A DNA stretch of 64,000 nucleotides. Origin: Auanema rhodensis. Its lineage: Eukaryota > Animalia > Nematoda. The stretch is taken from the NCBI GenBank assembly GCA_964057225.1, contig OZ059897.1, positions 6,076,001 to 6,140,000 of the forward strand, given 5' to 3'. The translations under genes were made by a program, and so were the position numbers. Numbering within the stretch: position 1 is the stretch's first letter; every line of letters begins with the position of its first letter. Below the pieces are notes generated by a model, which made no database searches, had not been told where the DNA came from, and saw nothing but the letters and a program-made list of their open reading frames with translations. Of this stretch, positions 1 to 13,372 are shown piece by piece.

Positions 1-173
1 TCAGAAGTCTGTTTTCTAATGAATGCATCGGACTGAATTCGAACCTAAAGAATAAAGCAGGTATTCCAGCGAAATACTTTATAACCAACCTGATGTTGTC
101 TAGCGATTTTTCGTCGTTCTCGTTCTTCATGTATCAAACGTTTTTTATCTTCTTCAGATAGATGTATACGCAT
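1..173 (-). CDS. 5' end of a gene running off the window; N-terminus resembles the CEP295/Ana1 (DDC8-like) motif
   Basis: ATG at 173; exon 173-90; 45-nt GT-AG intron 89-45; exon 44-1. Translation MRIHLSEEDKKRLIHEERERRKIARQHQ|VRIQSDAFIRKQTS. Confidence 0.65.
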
Positions 174-379
174 TAGTGAGTATTATCAGTAAACAAAATA
201 GTTTAAAATTAGTAGAAATATTAAATACAAGCTTAGAAGCAATTAACCACGCTAATGTGTAATTATAATAATGTGTTTGAAAAATAGAGTTTCCCTCGCT
301 TGCACGCTGTTTACGAATAAATAATCGTTGCGAAAAATTCATGAATTTTCAAGAACTAGTACTGTATGCCTCATGGAAT

Positions 380-402
380 TATATATATATATATATATAT
401 AT
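380..402. repeat. (TA)n microsatellite
   Basis: About 11 perfect TA units. Confidence 0.95.
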
Positions 403-823
403 TACAATAAATAAAAGTTTATTAAAATAAATTTTTGTTCATATAGGATTTAGAAAATACAAATACTTTGTTTGTATGATTAATACAATTTTTGTTAATT
501 TTTAGTTTGTCTAATTCAAACTACCGACTAATAGTTTTTATTTATTCATTCCATGATAAAAAATGAAAGAATTTAATGTTCATGATTGTTTGTGAATATT
601 TCATGATGATTCTCATAACCTGTAAGTAATACAGGAATATATTTCAGATTTTTTCATATGTGTTTTGATTTATTCACCATTTACCATTTGTGCTTCAGCG
701 ATTCGTTCAGAATCATTCGGTGGCTTCATTTCTTTTGAGTTGAATAAGTTGTCATTAATAAAGGCTTTATTATACGTGGAATCGCGTGATTCACCCGTTA
801 TGGGCGTTTTCATGGCTTCATGT

Positions 824-1930
824 CTAATAACCGGGTGGGGTACGAGGGATTGGGCAATGTTCGCAGGATCCTGGCTCTCCAGTTGGTCCACGTGGTCCTT
901 CTTGTCCTTGTGGGCCTGGAGCTCCTTGTGGTCCTGGTCTTCCAGCATCTCCTTGAGGTCCGATTGGTCCCTCTTGGCTTCCTCCGTCAAGTCCAGCTTC
1001 TCCGCGTGGTCCTGGTGGTCCACGTGGTCCTGGTCTTCCGGCAGGTCCAGCTGGTCCGTTAACCTGAAGCAATATTATTTTATATTTTGTAGAAAATATT
1101 AAATCCTACTTGGATAACTCTTCCTGGAGCTCCACGTGGCCCGCTAACACCTTGTCTTCCTGGCATTCCCATGGTTCCTGGTGGTCCTTGCATTCCATTT
1201 TCTCCGTTCTTTCCGTCTCTTCCAGCTTCTCCGGCAGCTCCTTTAGGTCCCTAGAATCACAAAAATGAAGTTTGCAGTTTTAGTTACATTAAAAGCTCAC
1301 TTGTGGTCCCTTAGCTCCTCCCATTCCTTGTGGTCCTGGTGGTCCAGGTGGGCAGATGATGCATGGTTCGTTTTGGATGGCGGATTCAAGAAGGCTTCCG
1401 TCTCTTCCGCTGCTTCCGTCATTTCCGGGAAGACCATCTCTTCCGTCATCTCCGTTGTCTCCTGGTGGTCCTGGTGGTCCAGCTGGTCCTTGTTGGCATC
1501 CGCAGCAAGTTGGAGCAGCATCACTGTTAGCGACTGGAGCAACTCCGTATCCTATAGACAAATAATATTTACAAAGGTATTCAGAAAAGTAAGGGCACCT
1601 CCAGCTCCTCCATTAGATGGGTAAGCAGCTGGCTGTGGAGAGCTTCCATACTGTCTCTTAGCACGCTGGAAGGATGGAGCATCGATGTGATGGATTTCTG
1701 CCCACATATCACGAGCTCTGGTCTGAACAATACGATAATTAGATTCCATTTTCAGAAAGTTGATTCTGTACCTTGCAGAAATCAGTCTCAATGATGAGAT
1801 GGGACTGGAAGTTAGCTACATAGCTATAGAGCATGGGCAAAGTGACGACGGCAGCGATGACAGCTACAGTACTGACGACAATGGCGAAAAAGGCCACTCG
1901 ACGAAGCTCACGGTGCTCCGACGTCTCCAT
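824..1930 (-). CDS. Nematode cuticle collagen (resembles C. elegans SQT-2 type), 5 exons
   Basis: Col_cuticle_N transmembrane domain ([29 protein letters not shown]), furin site RAKR, TCCGC and PCIIC Cys clusters, Gly-X-Y blocks, C-terminal [15 protein letters not shown]. Confidence 0.97.
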
Positions 1931-2228
1931 CTTAAGAAGAGGATATTAGAAAAGACAGTATGGTAAAAGTTAAAATAAACAAGGGTTTAATAAGAAGAAA
2001 TAAAAAATATGAGAGTAACAGAATAATGGCAAGTGAAATCTGTTATAACGAAGGCTTCGTGTTTCTTTTACAGAGTAGAAGCACACGGTTTGCGTTAAGA
2101 ATCAAATCACTATTCTAAGATTGAACAGAGGATTAATAGAAAGCTGGCCAATTTGCCCAGAAGGACCATGGACGTCTATCAACGAACGCTGAAGAACAAT
2201 AGAATCGAAATGAACTGCGTAACTCAGA

Positions 2229-2250
2229 CTTTTATATACGGGGGCGGGGG
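2229..2250 (-). promoter_or_regulatory. TATA box with adjacent GC box, probable collagen core promoter
   Basis: Minus strand reads CCCCCGCCCCCGTATATAAAAG, about 300 nt upstream of the collagen ATG. This matches the nematode GTATAWAAG-type TATA and an Sp1-like element. Confidence 0.6.
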
Positions 2251-4251
2251 AATGACCCGTCCCGACGAAAAATGGACATCGGAAAAACTGCCAAGCTAAC
2301 TGGATCCGCGGGTATATCCGAGGCTTTCGAGTGTCTGTGTAAGAAAAGAATCTGAAGCATCATCAGTAGCAGTGACCAAGAGGACAAAACGTTGCGGGGC
2401 TCCTGGTGTAGTATGCATTCGGTTCTCATCGGGATAAGAAAAAGAGGTCAAATAGCCTGTTAACAAGGCAAAAGAAAGTGCACTTTGCGGTTTTTCATGG
2501 AAACAAACCTCCTTCATTGTTTTATACAGTAAAAGCTTCAACATATCTGATTGTGACCCGGAAATCATTCGAAGAGAAAATAATTTAAAGCAAACAAGTA
2601 TAATCGTAGGTGGATATACATAGTTCACTATCGTCTCAATGTTCAAGTAGCTTTCTGAATGTTCTTTCCAACATCTCCAGGTTTTTGGCAAACGAAAGTA
2701 AAGTAAAAACAAAGTTTTTAATTTTTTTTCTTCGTATAATTAGTGTTGATAGATTATATTAGCTTTGTATACAAATCAAATCATCAACTTCCAGTTGTCT
2801 GATGTTCATGACCAACACATATAGGATTATGTTGTTTACTTTAAGAAAGTGTGTTATTCATACTTTCCGGAACAGATAGTATCTTCATAAATACCTCATA
2901 AAAGATATTTTTTTGTCCTCAACTTATGTTTATATGATATCTGTATATAAGTAATTAATTTTTATAAATGCACTTTTTTGTTTTCCTTGTTTAAAAACTT
3001 TAACTTTATTTTATAAGTTGTAAACTTTATCAGCATAACAACTTGAAAATATAAGGAAAGCAAGAAGAAAGTAAAAGAATTTAAGAGGTATGATGTTCTT
3101 CTTCTTTGATCACTCTCTTTCTTTTCCTCTCTCTTTAATAGTACTTCTCTCACCTATACTCATTTTCTCTTTTTTCGACTAGCGACTCTGACTCTATCGG
3201 TTATCTATTTCCCCTTTCTTTATCTCTCTTGAATTCCCTCTCTCTTTCATTAAGTTCTTTCCACTTTATGTTCTGGATCGGAATTAGATTCCCTTTGTTT
3301 CCGCAAAGAATCACTAATTAACCAGGATGGTGTGGAGGGGGAAGGACGGTAGGTGCAGAAACAGCTGCTAAAGAACACACTCTGCGAAGAAATCTCACCA
3401 TATCAGCTAATGTAGAGAGCATTGAAAAGAACGAGAACAATTTTGAAAAGCGATTACGATAGTTTCGTTAAGAAGATGAGAAACTTTTGAATTTTATCCG
3501 TTTATTCATCCTATCACATCTTCACTTCAACCTATCTATTTTCCTTTTACATATACATCTTCTTTCGCATTCTCTCTCACTCTTTCCAACTCTAACTCCC
3601 TTACGATACCCTGTATCACATCACTAGAACAGATAGCCTAAGCCAAAATATCGAACAGAAATTTTTTCCATCACGAAATAGCTCTGAACTATAAGGTTGT
3701 CGAAACGAGATGACGACGAGCGATTAGGACAAGAAAGTTGTGACCGAATGATAAGACCAACGGACTTGTTTCATTTTTTTTATTATTTTCCTTTTTTAAA
3801 TTACTTTTACCTAAAGCATAAAAAATGGCTTGTTATGAAATCATTATTAATTAAGAAATATAAACTAAAAAAAGGTATTAAGAGATTACAATAAAGAAAG
3901 CAAAGCCTGTGAATGTATTATCGATAAAACAAATAAATTTATAATTCTTAAAGACGAAAGACAACAAATTCATCAAAGAGGATGACTTAAAATTTTTTTT
4001 ATTATACTTAATCTTTATCATTATAAAGCATGTACAGCTTGCATTAGATCATACAGAATGATTTACCAACATCACGTACTTCACGTGATTTTCGAATTTA
4101 AATGTTGGAAAAACAAGTTTAAAATGTTTACAACTTATTCATATCTATATAAATACAGCTCCTGAAATGAAAAAAATACCTAATCACAATTTTTAAAGAT
4201 ATTATCCTGTTTCCCGTTTTATAAATTTATTCAAAAAAATAAATAAATAAA

Positions 4252-4271
4252 ATATATATATATATATATAT
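4252..4271. repeat. (AT)n microsatellite
   Basis: About 10 units. Confidence 0.9.
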
Positions 4272-6094
4272 CAACAGCATCGCATGGTCCCTCCTTTTGT
4301 AGCCTCAATTCTCTATGTCCTCCTTCCTGTCGGTTAATCTACATACACATGATCTGAAAATATGTTTTTGTTTTATATCAATATGAGCTTATATATATAA
4401 TTTTTCCATTCATTATATACTGTATGATTAGGTAATACATTGTATTCGTTTTTTAAAGGTTGAAAAGAGAATATTTCATACAAATATGTACATACATATT
4501 ATGAGAAAATGTTCAACAACATTATCTCATATATGGCTTTAAGCCTAATGTTAAACTTTTCAACTTTCTAAGTTGTTGTTTAATTATATTTTCATTGAAA
4601 AAAAATTTAAATCAAACACCAGCATGATGATAGCAGTTCCTCTGCTGTAAACAACAGAAGAAAGAACAAAAAAGTGCTTCATTACTATGAATTTTACATT
4701 TTTTCCCTTCTGTTTCGTTTTTTTTCAAACCGTTCTATTCCTAAATATACTAGTTTTGATTTGCAGTTTCATCGAACTAATAACATTATTCACAAAAATA
4801 ATGCAAAATAGGAATAGTTCATGAACTTTTCTCAATAAACTTGCTATTACATACCTTGTACAGTACAACATTAATTACTATTCCAATTATCTGATTCATT
4901 GTATATAAATTATATAATTTATTACTGTTTTTATGAAAAATAATAGTGATTGTACGATTAAATATAAATTCATCGTTTTAAATTTACTGATGCATTTCAA
5001 CGTTGTACTGCATAAGTGGTGAGAAGTTGCTAGGTTAACGAAGACTAGTAGCATGTTTCAAGAGAAGGAACCGTTGAAAGAGATCATATGAACTACCAGA
5101 GCATAGGAAGGAGTAAAGCTTACAGTACAATTGTCTTTGCATCTTGACTCAGGGAAGCCCAACGGAAGTTTGGCAATTTGAAAATGATTAGTAGGAGAGA
5201 AGTTCTGATCGGAATAAATATTTTGCAATGTGGCAATTGAAATCCGATTATCAAACGATATTTAATAGAATTACATATTGACGCTCGCGATCAAATATCT
5301 TGAACAAAAACTGTTTTTGTCTTTTCTTATGTATGATAGAGTTGTTGGGTGATTGCCTAACATGGAGCATCACTAGCTGTTTCATCATACAAGCATCAGT
5401 CAAATATGTCTTATGAGCTATTCCCTTCTGTCTTAGTTACTGAACTTTACCCGTTTCTCATAAGGTCATTCATTCGAACATATATCATTCACATCATTTC
5501 CGAGGCTCATTTCATTTTTGTATTTTTGCCTTTCCAAAATAGATCGTCGTCTTCATTTTGTTGTTGTGAGGCATAAGGCTGTACCTTGAAAATTCGTGCA
5601 GCGCCTCCCGGCTCGTTCTCTCATCGACCATGTTCATCACATTATTCTGACGAAACAACCTGTAGCTATTCTATCTAGACATTTGACGTATTTAAGCCGA
5701 ACTTTCATTGATTTTCAACATGATAGTTTCACAAATTTCTGTATGAAAATAAATAAAAATCATATTTTATGTATTTGATTGTCAATTGCTTAACTGACAG
5801 CAGATATATTGAAGCAACATGTATATGATGTTATTTACTTTTGCTCTTGCTCTTGCTTCCTCACCACCCTCTACTTTCCTTCATCCATGAGAAATATGAA
5901 TTGATGTTTCACATCCAGTATTTTCATATTGATTTTGTTTCCAGAAGTGTTATATACATATAAATATGTCAGGAATAAGTTATCTGGACTTTTGTTTTAT
6001 TAAAAAATTTAGAAAAGGTGAACTCTTTCTTTCCGCTTAAACAGATCATCAATGATGAACTTGAGCAAACGTTATATCTGAAACTTAGAACAAT

Positions 6095-6120
6095 GAGAGA
6101 GAGAGAGAGAGAGAGAGAGA
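6095..6120. repeat. (GA)n microsatellite
   Basis: 13 GA units. Confidence 0.95.
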
Positions 6121-7808
6121 AATGAGAGAAATAAGACAATACCTATTAGAAGATCAATTATGAATAACTTCTTTCACTTGTTTGAAATCACAAAATCAGT
6201 TGCATTGAATCATATCATTGTCCTCCCACACCCTCATCGTTTTGAGCTCACCATAATGTTTATTGAAATGGCTAATGATAGGAGCAAATATTTTGGCGTT
6301 AAATGATCACCTAACTGTTTCAATATGTTGTCCAATTATTTGTCAAAGTCCTTGGAAATCGTATACTGAAGAAACATCAGTGATGACGTTCTGGACACAA
6401 GTTATTTGGCTCATTATTTACATGAAATAGAGAAGCAGTCCTTTCAATATGAAATAATATGTAATAAAGTGAGAGTATGTTTATTGTTCTGTTCAGTAAA
6501 ACAGTATTAATAAGCAGGGATATTCCCTAAGATATCATTTACAGTCTCATGTGTCTGCCATCATCATTCTGCTCGTCAATTTTTTCTTTTTTTTTTCTCC
6601 AAGTTGGGCTTCTCTTTCGAATGACTTGTATGACTATGCTGCTTTGCTTCATCAACTTTATGTATTATTTGTTGTTTTACACCCTCTCTCTCTCTCCATC
6701 CTTATTCTTCCGCTTAATACTGTTTATTCGTTTTTATAATCAATTTTTATTCCCGTTCACAAATTTATCATATAAATTTGAATTTAATTTCTAAAAAAAA
6801 AAGGAATTATATGTAAAAACTATTCTTCTTGTATTCTTTTAAATATATTATTGATCTGAAACAATTAAAGTTGTGTAAATTAAAATATTTTGAATTTATT
6901 TCCATCGGAGGATATGAATCAAGTGCATCTGACGTGATAATACGTCATGTTAACTCATATTGATATGCTAATTTCATTTGAGGAAAGATTTTTTTCATTT
7001 TCCACATGCACAGAAATGGAGCGGTTGTGTACCTGACCACGATTACATGACGGGGCGGTACTTGAATATATGTATATATCTTTCTCTTTCTATTTTTCTA
7101 TTCTATTATCAAGTATAACTAGCATTATTTATTTCTCAAAAATATGTATATTTAGTATAGTTATACTATAATCACCGTTACATACTTATCATATGAACAT
7201 ATAAGATCATTTAACCATTCAATTACTCAATCTATCTAGATGTATATATTCTATTTATCATTTATCTTTCGTTCTTCGGATAGAAAAAAATGATATTCGT
7301 TATTAAGAAGACAACAATTTGATCATAAATGACGTTTTTTGGTAGACACTAAGGTCGTTTAGTGATTGAATACATCTCATATCATTATAATTTGCGGAAT
7401 TTATTTCAACTATTATCAAAAACATTTCTACGAATTACTTATTTATACCTTATTCAGAATATTGTTTGATCTTTTTTTTCTTTTTTTTTTTGCCCATCAA
7501 AATGACAATTTTTATATTTTGTACTTATAACTCTTTGTGCTTTATTCTATTGGAATCATGTTTTAAAGGATCTATCGAGTTAGTATAGTTATTATCTTGA
7601 CTTGCCATCATTTGTTTTCAATTCGTTGTACCCTAAATGGAAAGAAAGTCCCTAGTACTCGTCAGGGTTTTTTTTTTGATTTCAATGATGTGAATCTATA
7701 CTTTGTCAAATCAAATTACTCATTGTTTCTTATATTTAACTATATGAATAAGTTTAATCAGAAGTTTATTATTTACTTCATTACCGTATTTCATATATTT
7801 ACAGAAAT

Positions 7809-10800
7809 ATGACCGTAACCTATTCATTGGATGTATCGTCTTCATCCTTCTTCTGCTTGCATAAGCTTTTGTTCCGATGGAAGGTTAGAAATATACTACT
7901 GATCCTTAACTATATTTTAAGCAAATAAATTGAAAAACAAACATATCAATATATAGTTCTTTGAACCAAAGTATCATTCAGATTTTTTTTGGCTATTTGC
8001 TGAGCATTTATATCGTATATCTTTTTATGGAAAATACAAAAATGTAAAATAACGTTTTTTATATGAAAACTTGAGCGAAGATTGCTTTAATATATATTTG
8101 ATCAGACAATTGAGACAAATTTGTACTTTGAAGATCGTAGAATGTTCTCTCGAATAATCAATTTTCAAGTAAATTGTGAACAAGTATTTGATTATGATCA
8201 ATGCTATCGATGTACATGAGGGTCATAACAGATGTTTTTGATTACAATCATAGCTGTCTGTCCGTCTGTCTGTCTATCGTTTTGTCAGAACTAATAAACA
8301 AAACAAGTAGAATGTACCTATCTAGAGTTCAAAAAAACATAAAAACTATTATAATTATTCTATATAATTTCATTTCATTTGTTCTAGGGATCAATATGGA
8401 AATGTGTTTGGTCCGAGTTAGTTGTATGGCTGACAATGTATGCCGTATTGAGTGTTATATACAGATTTGCATTGAATGCTGATCAAAAAGTGTATGGCTT
8501 TACTCCTATTTTTAAATTTAATTTTTTGAAAATCAACAGCAAAAAACACAAATCTATGTTATAAAACGAGTTTGATTTCAGAATTTTTGAAGATATTTGT
8601 ATTTTCTTTGACACCTACTCAGGATTTATACCAATCACATTTATGCTTGGTTTTTATGTAAATGCTGTTTTCACAAGATGGGGAAAGATTTTTGATAATA
8701 TTGGATGGATAGACACGTAAGTTATCTAAGTATTGAAAGTTCGATATAATAGAACAATATGTGTCTTCAGGCCAGCTTTGATGATAACTCAAGCAATTCA
8801 AGGCACATCAGAACGAACAAGAATAATACGAAGAAATTGTTTAAGGTTAATTTTTTGTTGATAAAACAACTAAATATATATATATATAATACTTAAACTA
8901 TAATTTAAGATATATGGTTCTAACACAAGCAATTGTGTTCAGAGATGTATCAAAGGCAGTTCGAAAACGCTTTCCAACGATGTTTCATCTAGTAACTGCA
9001 GGTACTAATATGAAAAACAAAATGAGATAAATGAATGTATCAAACTAATTTTGACAGGATTAATGACTGAAAGTGAATTAGAACATTTCGAAAGTGTTGT
9101 CAGTCCACATAAGAAATATTGGCAACCTATGCATTGGCTTTTCAATAATATCAGAATAGCTCGAGATGAAGGATATATCAAGAGTGATTTCATATATATC
9201 GATTTGGTTGATGTTAGTTTTAAATTGAGAAACAGCTTCTAATTTTGAAATTATTCTCAGAAAATAAGAGATTTTCGTTCACAAGTGTTGAATCTCACTT
9301 TGTTTGATTGGGTACCTGTTCCACTGGTTTATACTCAGGTAGGCTATTTCGATTGAAAACTTTAAAAAGAATTGTTGATATCTCATTTAGGTTGTTCATT
9401 TGGCTGTAAGATCATTCTTTGCCATAGCTTTATTAGGAAGACAATATTTATCATTGAGTCGTAATCCAGATGATATTGGAGGAAAGAAAACAGTTAGTTA
9501 ACTATAAAATTCTTATTATATTCTTATAATATCAGATTGATTTAATTGTTCCGATTATGACCATTTTACAATTTATTTTCTTTGTTGGCTGGATGAAGGT
9601 TAGATTTAAGTTTCCAATACAAAAGCTTCAATCATCATGTTACAGGTAGCTGAAGTATTATTGAATCCTCTGGGTGAAGATGATGATGATTTTGAAGTGA
9701 ACTATATCCTTGATCGTAATCTACAGGTTCTTTTTCGTTTTATTTGTAGCAATTTTCTATAAATTGTATTCAGGTTGGATTAGCCATGGTAGATGGATGG
9801 CACAACAAGTATCCAACGTTTGAACGTGATCACTTCTGGGAGGACGTGGTTCCTGAACCATTGTATACCATAGAAAGTGCTGCTAGGCCAAGTAATCCTC
9901 AGATTGGAAGTTGTTCTCAACTTGAGTACGTCTAATTGATATTTCGTCTTGTTGTTTCGAAAAGAACATAAGATATTTACTTTTCAAAATTTGTTTTCAG
10001 AGGATCAGATGATGATCATTACATGTTGAGACCTAGAAGACACACGTCATACTCTTCAAAAATTAATTTGGATTACGGTATATACACTAGTTTCAAGTAT
10101 TTTTATAAATTTCTATTTAGATGAGAGCGATGTAGTTCCTGTGCAGGGATTAGAAAAAATTCGTAAAAGCGGAAGGTAAATACCTTATCATTTAATCAAT
10201 TCCTAATTAATTTTGAATATTTACAGTGTTTATAACTCCGGCGAATCGCTTGCAACTTCCCAGTCATTTGCTGCTCCAACCAGAAAACTTAGTGAAATGT
10301 TCAAACGATTGAAAGGAGGACGCCCTAGTATGTTTATGTTCTTGTAATCAATTTAAGTTTCTATCAAGAAACTTTTAGAAGAATTTTTATTTGAAAAATA
10401 ACGTTTCAGGTATTTCCTTGAGTACAAAGCGTACAATGTCACGAGGAGAAGGAGTCAGCGAAGAAGGTGTTAGGTAAAATATCGATATTTGATTTGAACT
10501 TCTGACCTATGATGTACAAAACAACCGCTCTTAAGCTTAATTTATAAGAAATGCTAATATTGGTTCACGTGATATTCACGTGAACGATTTTTATTTGATT
10601 TTCAATTTTCTATTGATTTCAGATCTACAAGCTTTGATTCCATGGATCGCTTTGATGAGTCATTCCACAATGGCGTCGCTCCACCACCGCCACCTTCATC
10701 AACTCAAAATTCTATAAACGTACCACCATTAAGCTTTAGCAATAGCTCTAATTCCTTAAGTGCCGAACAATTACAAACTGGAGAAAGTAGTCCTGGGGTA

Positions 10801-11419
10801 TGTGGATTAATTTATAAAAAAAAATCAGTACGAACACAAATGTTTTCGAATATAATTATAATTGTCAACGTTGATAACTATGAAAAACGTACATTTTTGC
10901 AGTTTGATGGTTCAAAGAACATGATCTGGACAGTAGACGAAATGTTGCCCATAATCGAAGAAGAAGAACACGAAAAACGACGTCATTCTGATGGAGGTTA
11001 GTCACCATTAGACGCTTCGTTATCCGATTGCTGATGTTTTTTTTATAGATTCACTCAGAAGTGGACAATCGACTGGTAATTCTACCACATCAACGCAACG
11101 CAACAGGTCTCGCCAAAATTCGAAAGACGGTGTTCATCAAAATTTGGATACTGAAGAAAATACCGAAAATTCAAAATTCAAAAACGTGAAAAAAGACGTA
11201 AAAGGGAAACGGCAATTTATCAAGCACGATACCGACAGCGATGAGGATGTAACCACTAAAGACAAGAATTCGTCTACAAACGGATCGGATTCTGGTGGAA
11301 CGACATCAACGACAGTGGCGTCTTGTAGCAACACATCATCACCTGCAGCACGCAAGAAAGCCGACTTACGAGGTAGAGTGGACTCGAGAAAAACTCGAAG
11401 GCGTTTCACTAGCGAATAA
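7809..11419 (+). CDS. Bestrophin family Ca2+-activated anion channel
   Basis: [19 protein letters not shown] start, [17 protein letters not shown] (RFP motif), [42 protein letters not shown] (acidic Ca2+ clasp), long Ser-rich C-terminal tail ending RRFTSE*. Confidence 0.96.
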
Positions 11420-13143
11420 AACAGTCTAACTGGTCACTTGATATATCAATTATATATCGGAAATTAAGAAAATTTTGGACAAAGTCTCAATTATGTCTGT
11501 ATTAGTTCATTTAAGTGTATAGCATAGAAGTATAACAAACTGATATTAATTTTCCTTTTTTGGTTTTTCTACCGTCTTTTCCAGGAAAAGAAATTTTTTT
11601 TTGTTCAGATGTTGTTTCTGATTTTTTCAAAACAGAATCGAATGGTTTTGTTATTTTTTACGCAGATATATCCGGCATAGACCTACTTATCGTTGTGCTT
11701 TCTATCACGATATCATACTTCACGGGTTGATCAGTGTTCATCAATGAATGAACGCTGATCAGATGGTTCTGATCCGGTCAAATCTGCTGCTCCTGATTAC
11801 CAATATGATAACTAAAATGTATTTCATAATTTGCTTACTTTAGATCAGTCCCTGCTTACATTCATTCCTTTTCTCTGTCTCTCTATGATGTTACTCTCTC
11901 GCTGTTTATGTGTGTTCTTAAACGAATGTAAGACAATGATAAATAATTTAGCGTTTTCTAATAAAGTCTTCTCATTTTTACGATTCAAACAACATTTCAT
12001 GTTTTTTTTTCAAAAGTCGAACCTGCTGGCTTGATCAGAACTTTTTTGAGTGCAAGTAGCCGCAGGGTCTTTGGCTGGCGAAGGCTTAGAACGAAACATC
12101 GGACTTGAAATTCAAGAACTGCTGTTGAGTTGACGGATATTTCTCATAAAAAAAGTAAATGACGGACAAGCTTAGTACGTTTTACGGATCGGAAACAAAG
12201 AATGTGATCTAATCAAATTGACAGCTACAAATGTTGTTCTTTTCTTATGAATGTTCATTAGGAAAATAAACATAAATGTAGGGTATATACCCCACATATT
12301 CTTTCATAGCAGGTAATCAGATATTAATTTCTTTTTTTGAAAAATAAAAAAAAAGACGAGAATTCAAAGAGGATATGCTGAATGTAAAAGATATTTCAGG
12401 AACAATTAGATTGAAAAGCATACAACCTAATGGAAAATATGTTTCATTGAACTTTTCCTTTTCTTTTTTTGGATACTAAATGAGGAAAAGGAGGGAAAGA
12501 TATATAGTCTATTCACAGCTTTTTACTTTGCAGGATATTCTTGTCAACTTGTGATACAAGAAAGCATTCATACATGAAACATGAGGAAACTTGCTTGTGC
12601 CCTATTTTCATTGACCAGTTGTCCAGTAGATGATCTCCGTTTCGATATAATACTCTTACTTGTTACTGTGTTACCTAGCTGCTTAGTCGCACTTTAACTA
12701 CATCTTCTCTTTTTTTCAGTTTTATAAAGATAGTTCTTATTATAAATAAACAATGAATCTGTATAAATCGCTTTTTGAATGCAAAAATACCGGAAAATAC
12801 CAATTGTCCCACCCAGGTTAGTCAAAGATAACATCTCATCAAGTATATATACAAGTTATATCACTTTCACAAATTTCTACTTGTCAATGTGGTAGGTAAA
12901 AGCTAAATAAAACGTATAATAGCTGTATTATTTAATCAAATCACTCGAATTTAAGAACAATTTCGCTAACTTCTATTGTTTCGTTGCAATTGCGCCTTGT
13001 GACAAAAAGTCCTCAGATACGAGAAACGACGAGTATTCCACTCATCTTGTCAGTGGTCCTTTTCCAGTTCATTTTTTTGTGCCATTGGGCTAAAGGAGGG
13101 TGGGACAGATCTGAATCTGCCGTCCATTAATCTGAACCTAGTC

Positions 13144-13158
13144 TATATAAGGATAAGA
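13144..13158 (+). promoter_or_regulatory. TATA box plus GATA site upstream of the secreted-protein gene
   Basis: TATATAAG followed directly by GATAAGA, about 220 nt before the TTTTCAG|ATG at 13373. Confidence 0.45.
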
Positions 13159-13372
13159 TGAGCAGATATCCTAGCATTAACTACAACGTTGTTGCATTCA
13201 ACCTCAGCTAATATAGCGATAGAATATGAGAAAGATCAGTACTTATTTTCTAACCTAATCTATATACTATATTTATTTTAAAATCATAATAAGTTTTTGT
13301 ATTATATTGTCTTTTCTATTTACTATACTTGTTTTCTGAAGATGTCATCTGAATTTTACATAACATTTTCAG

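Noticed and set aside
670-813. 47-aa ORF (MKTPITGES..) starting just after the collagen stop codon
   Set aside because: It has no splice acceptor or homology. It is most simply the collagen 3' UTR.
665-1624. Long Trp/Ser-rich plus-strand ORFs and alternative-frame ORFs over the collagen
   Set aside because: They are shadows of GC-rich Gly-X-Y codons.
12020-12100. GC-richer stretch with GGTTCGA and a T-run on the minus strand, or a possible exon MFRSKPSPAK..
   Set aside because: There is no tRNA fold or A box, and no downstream exon joins without a stop.
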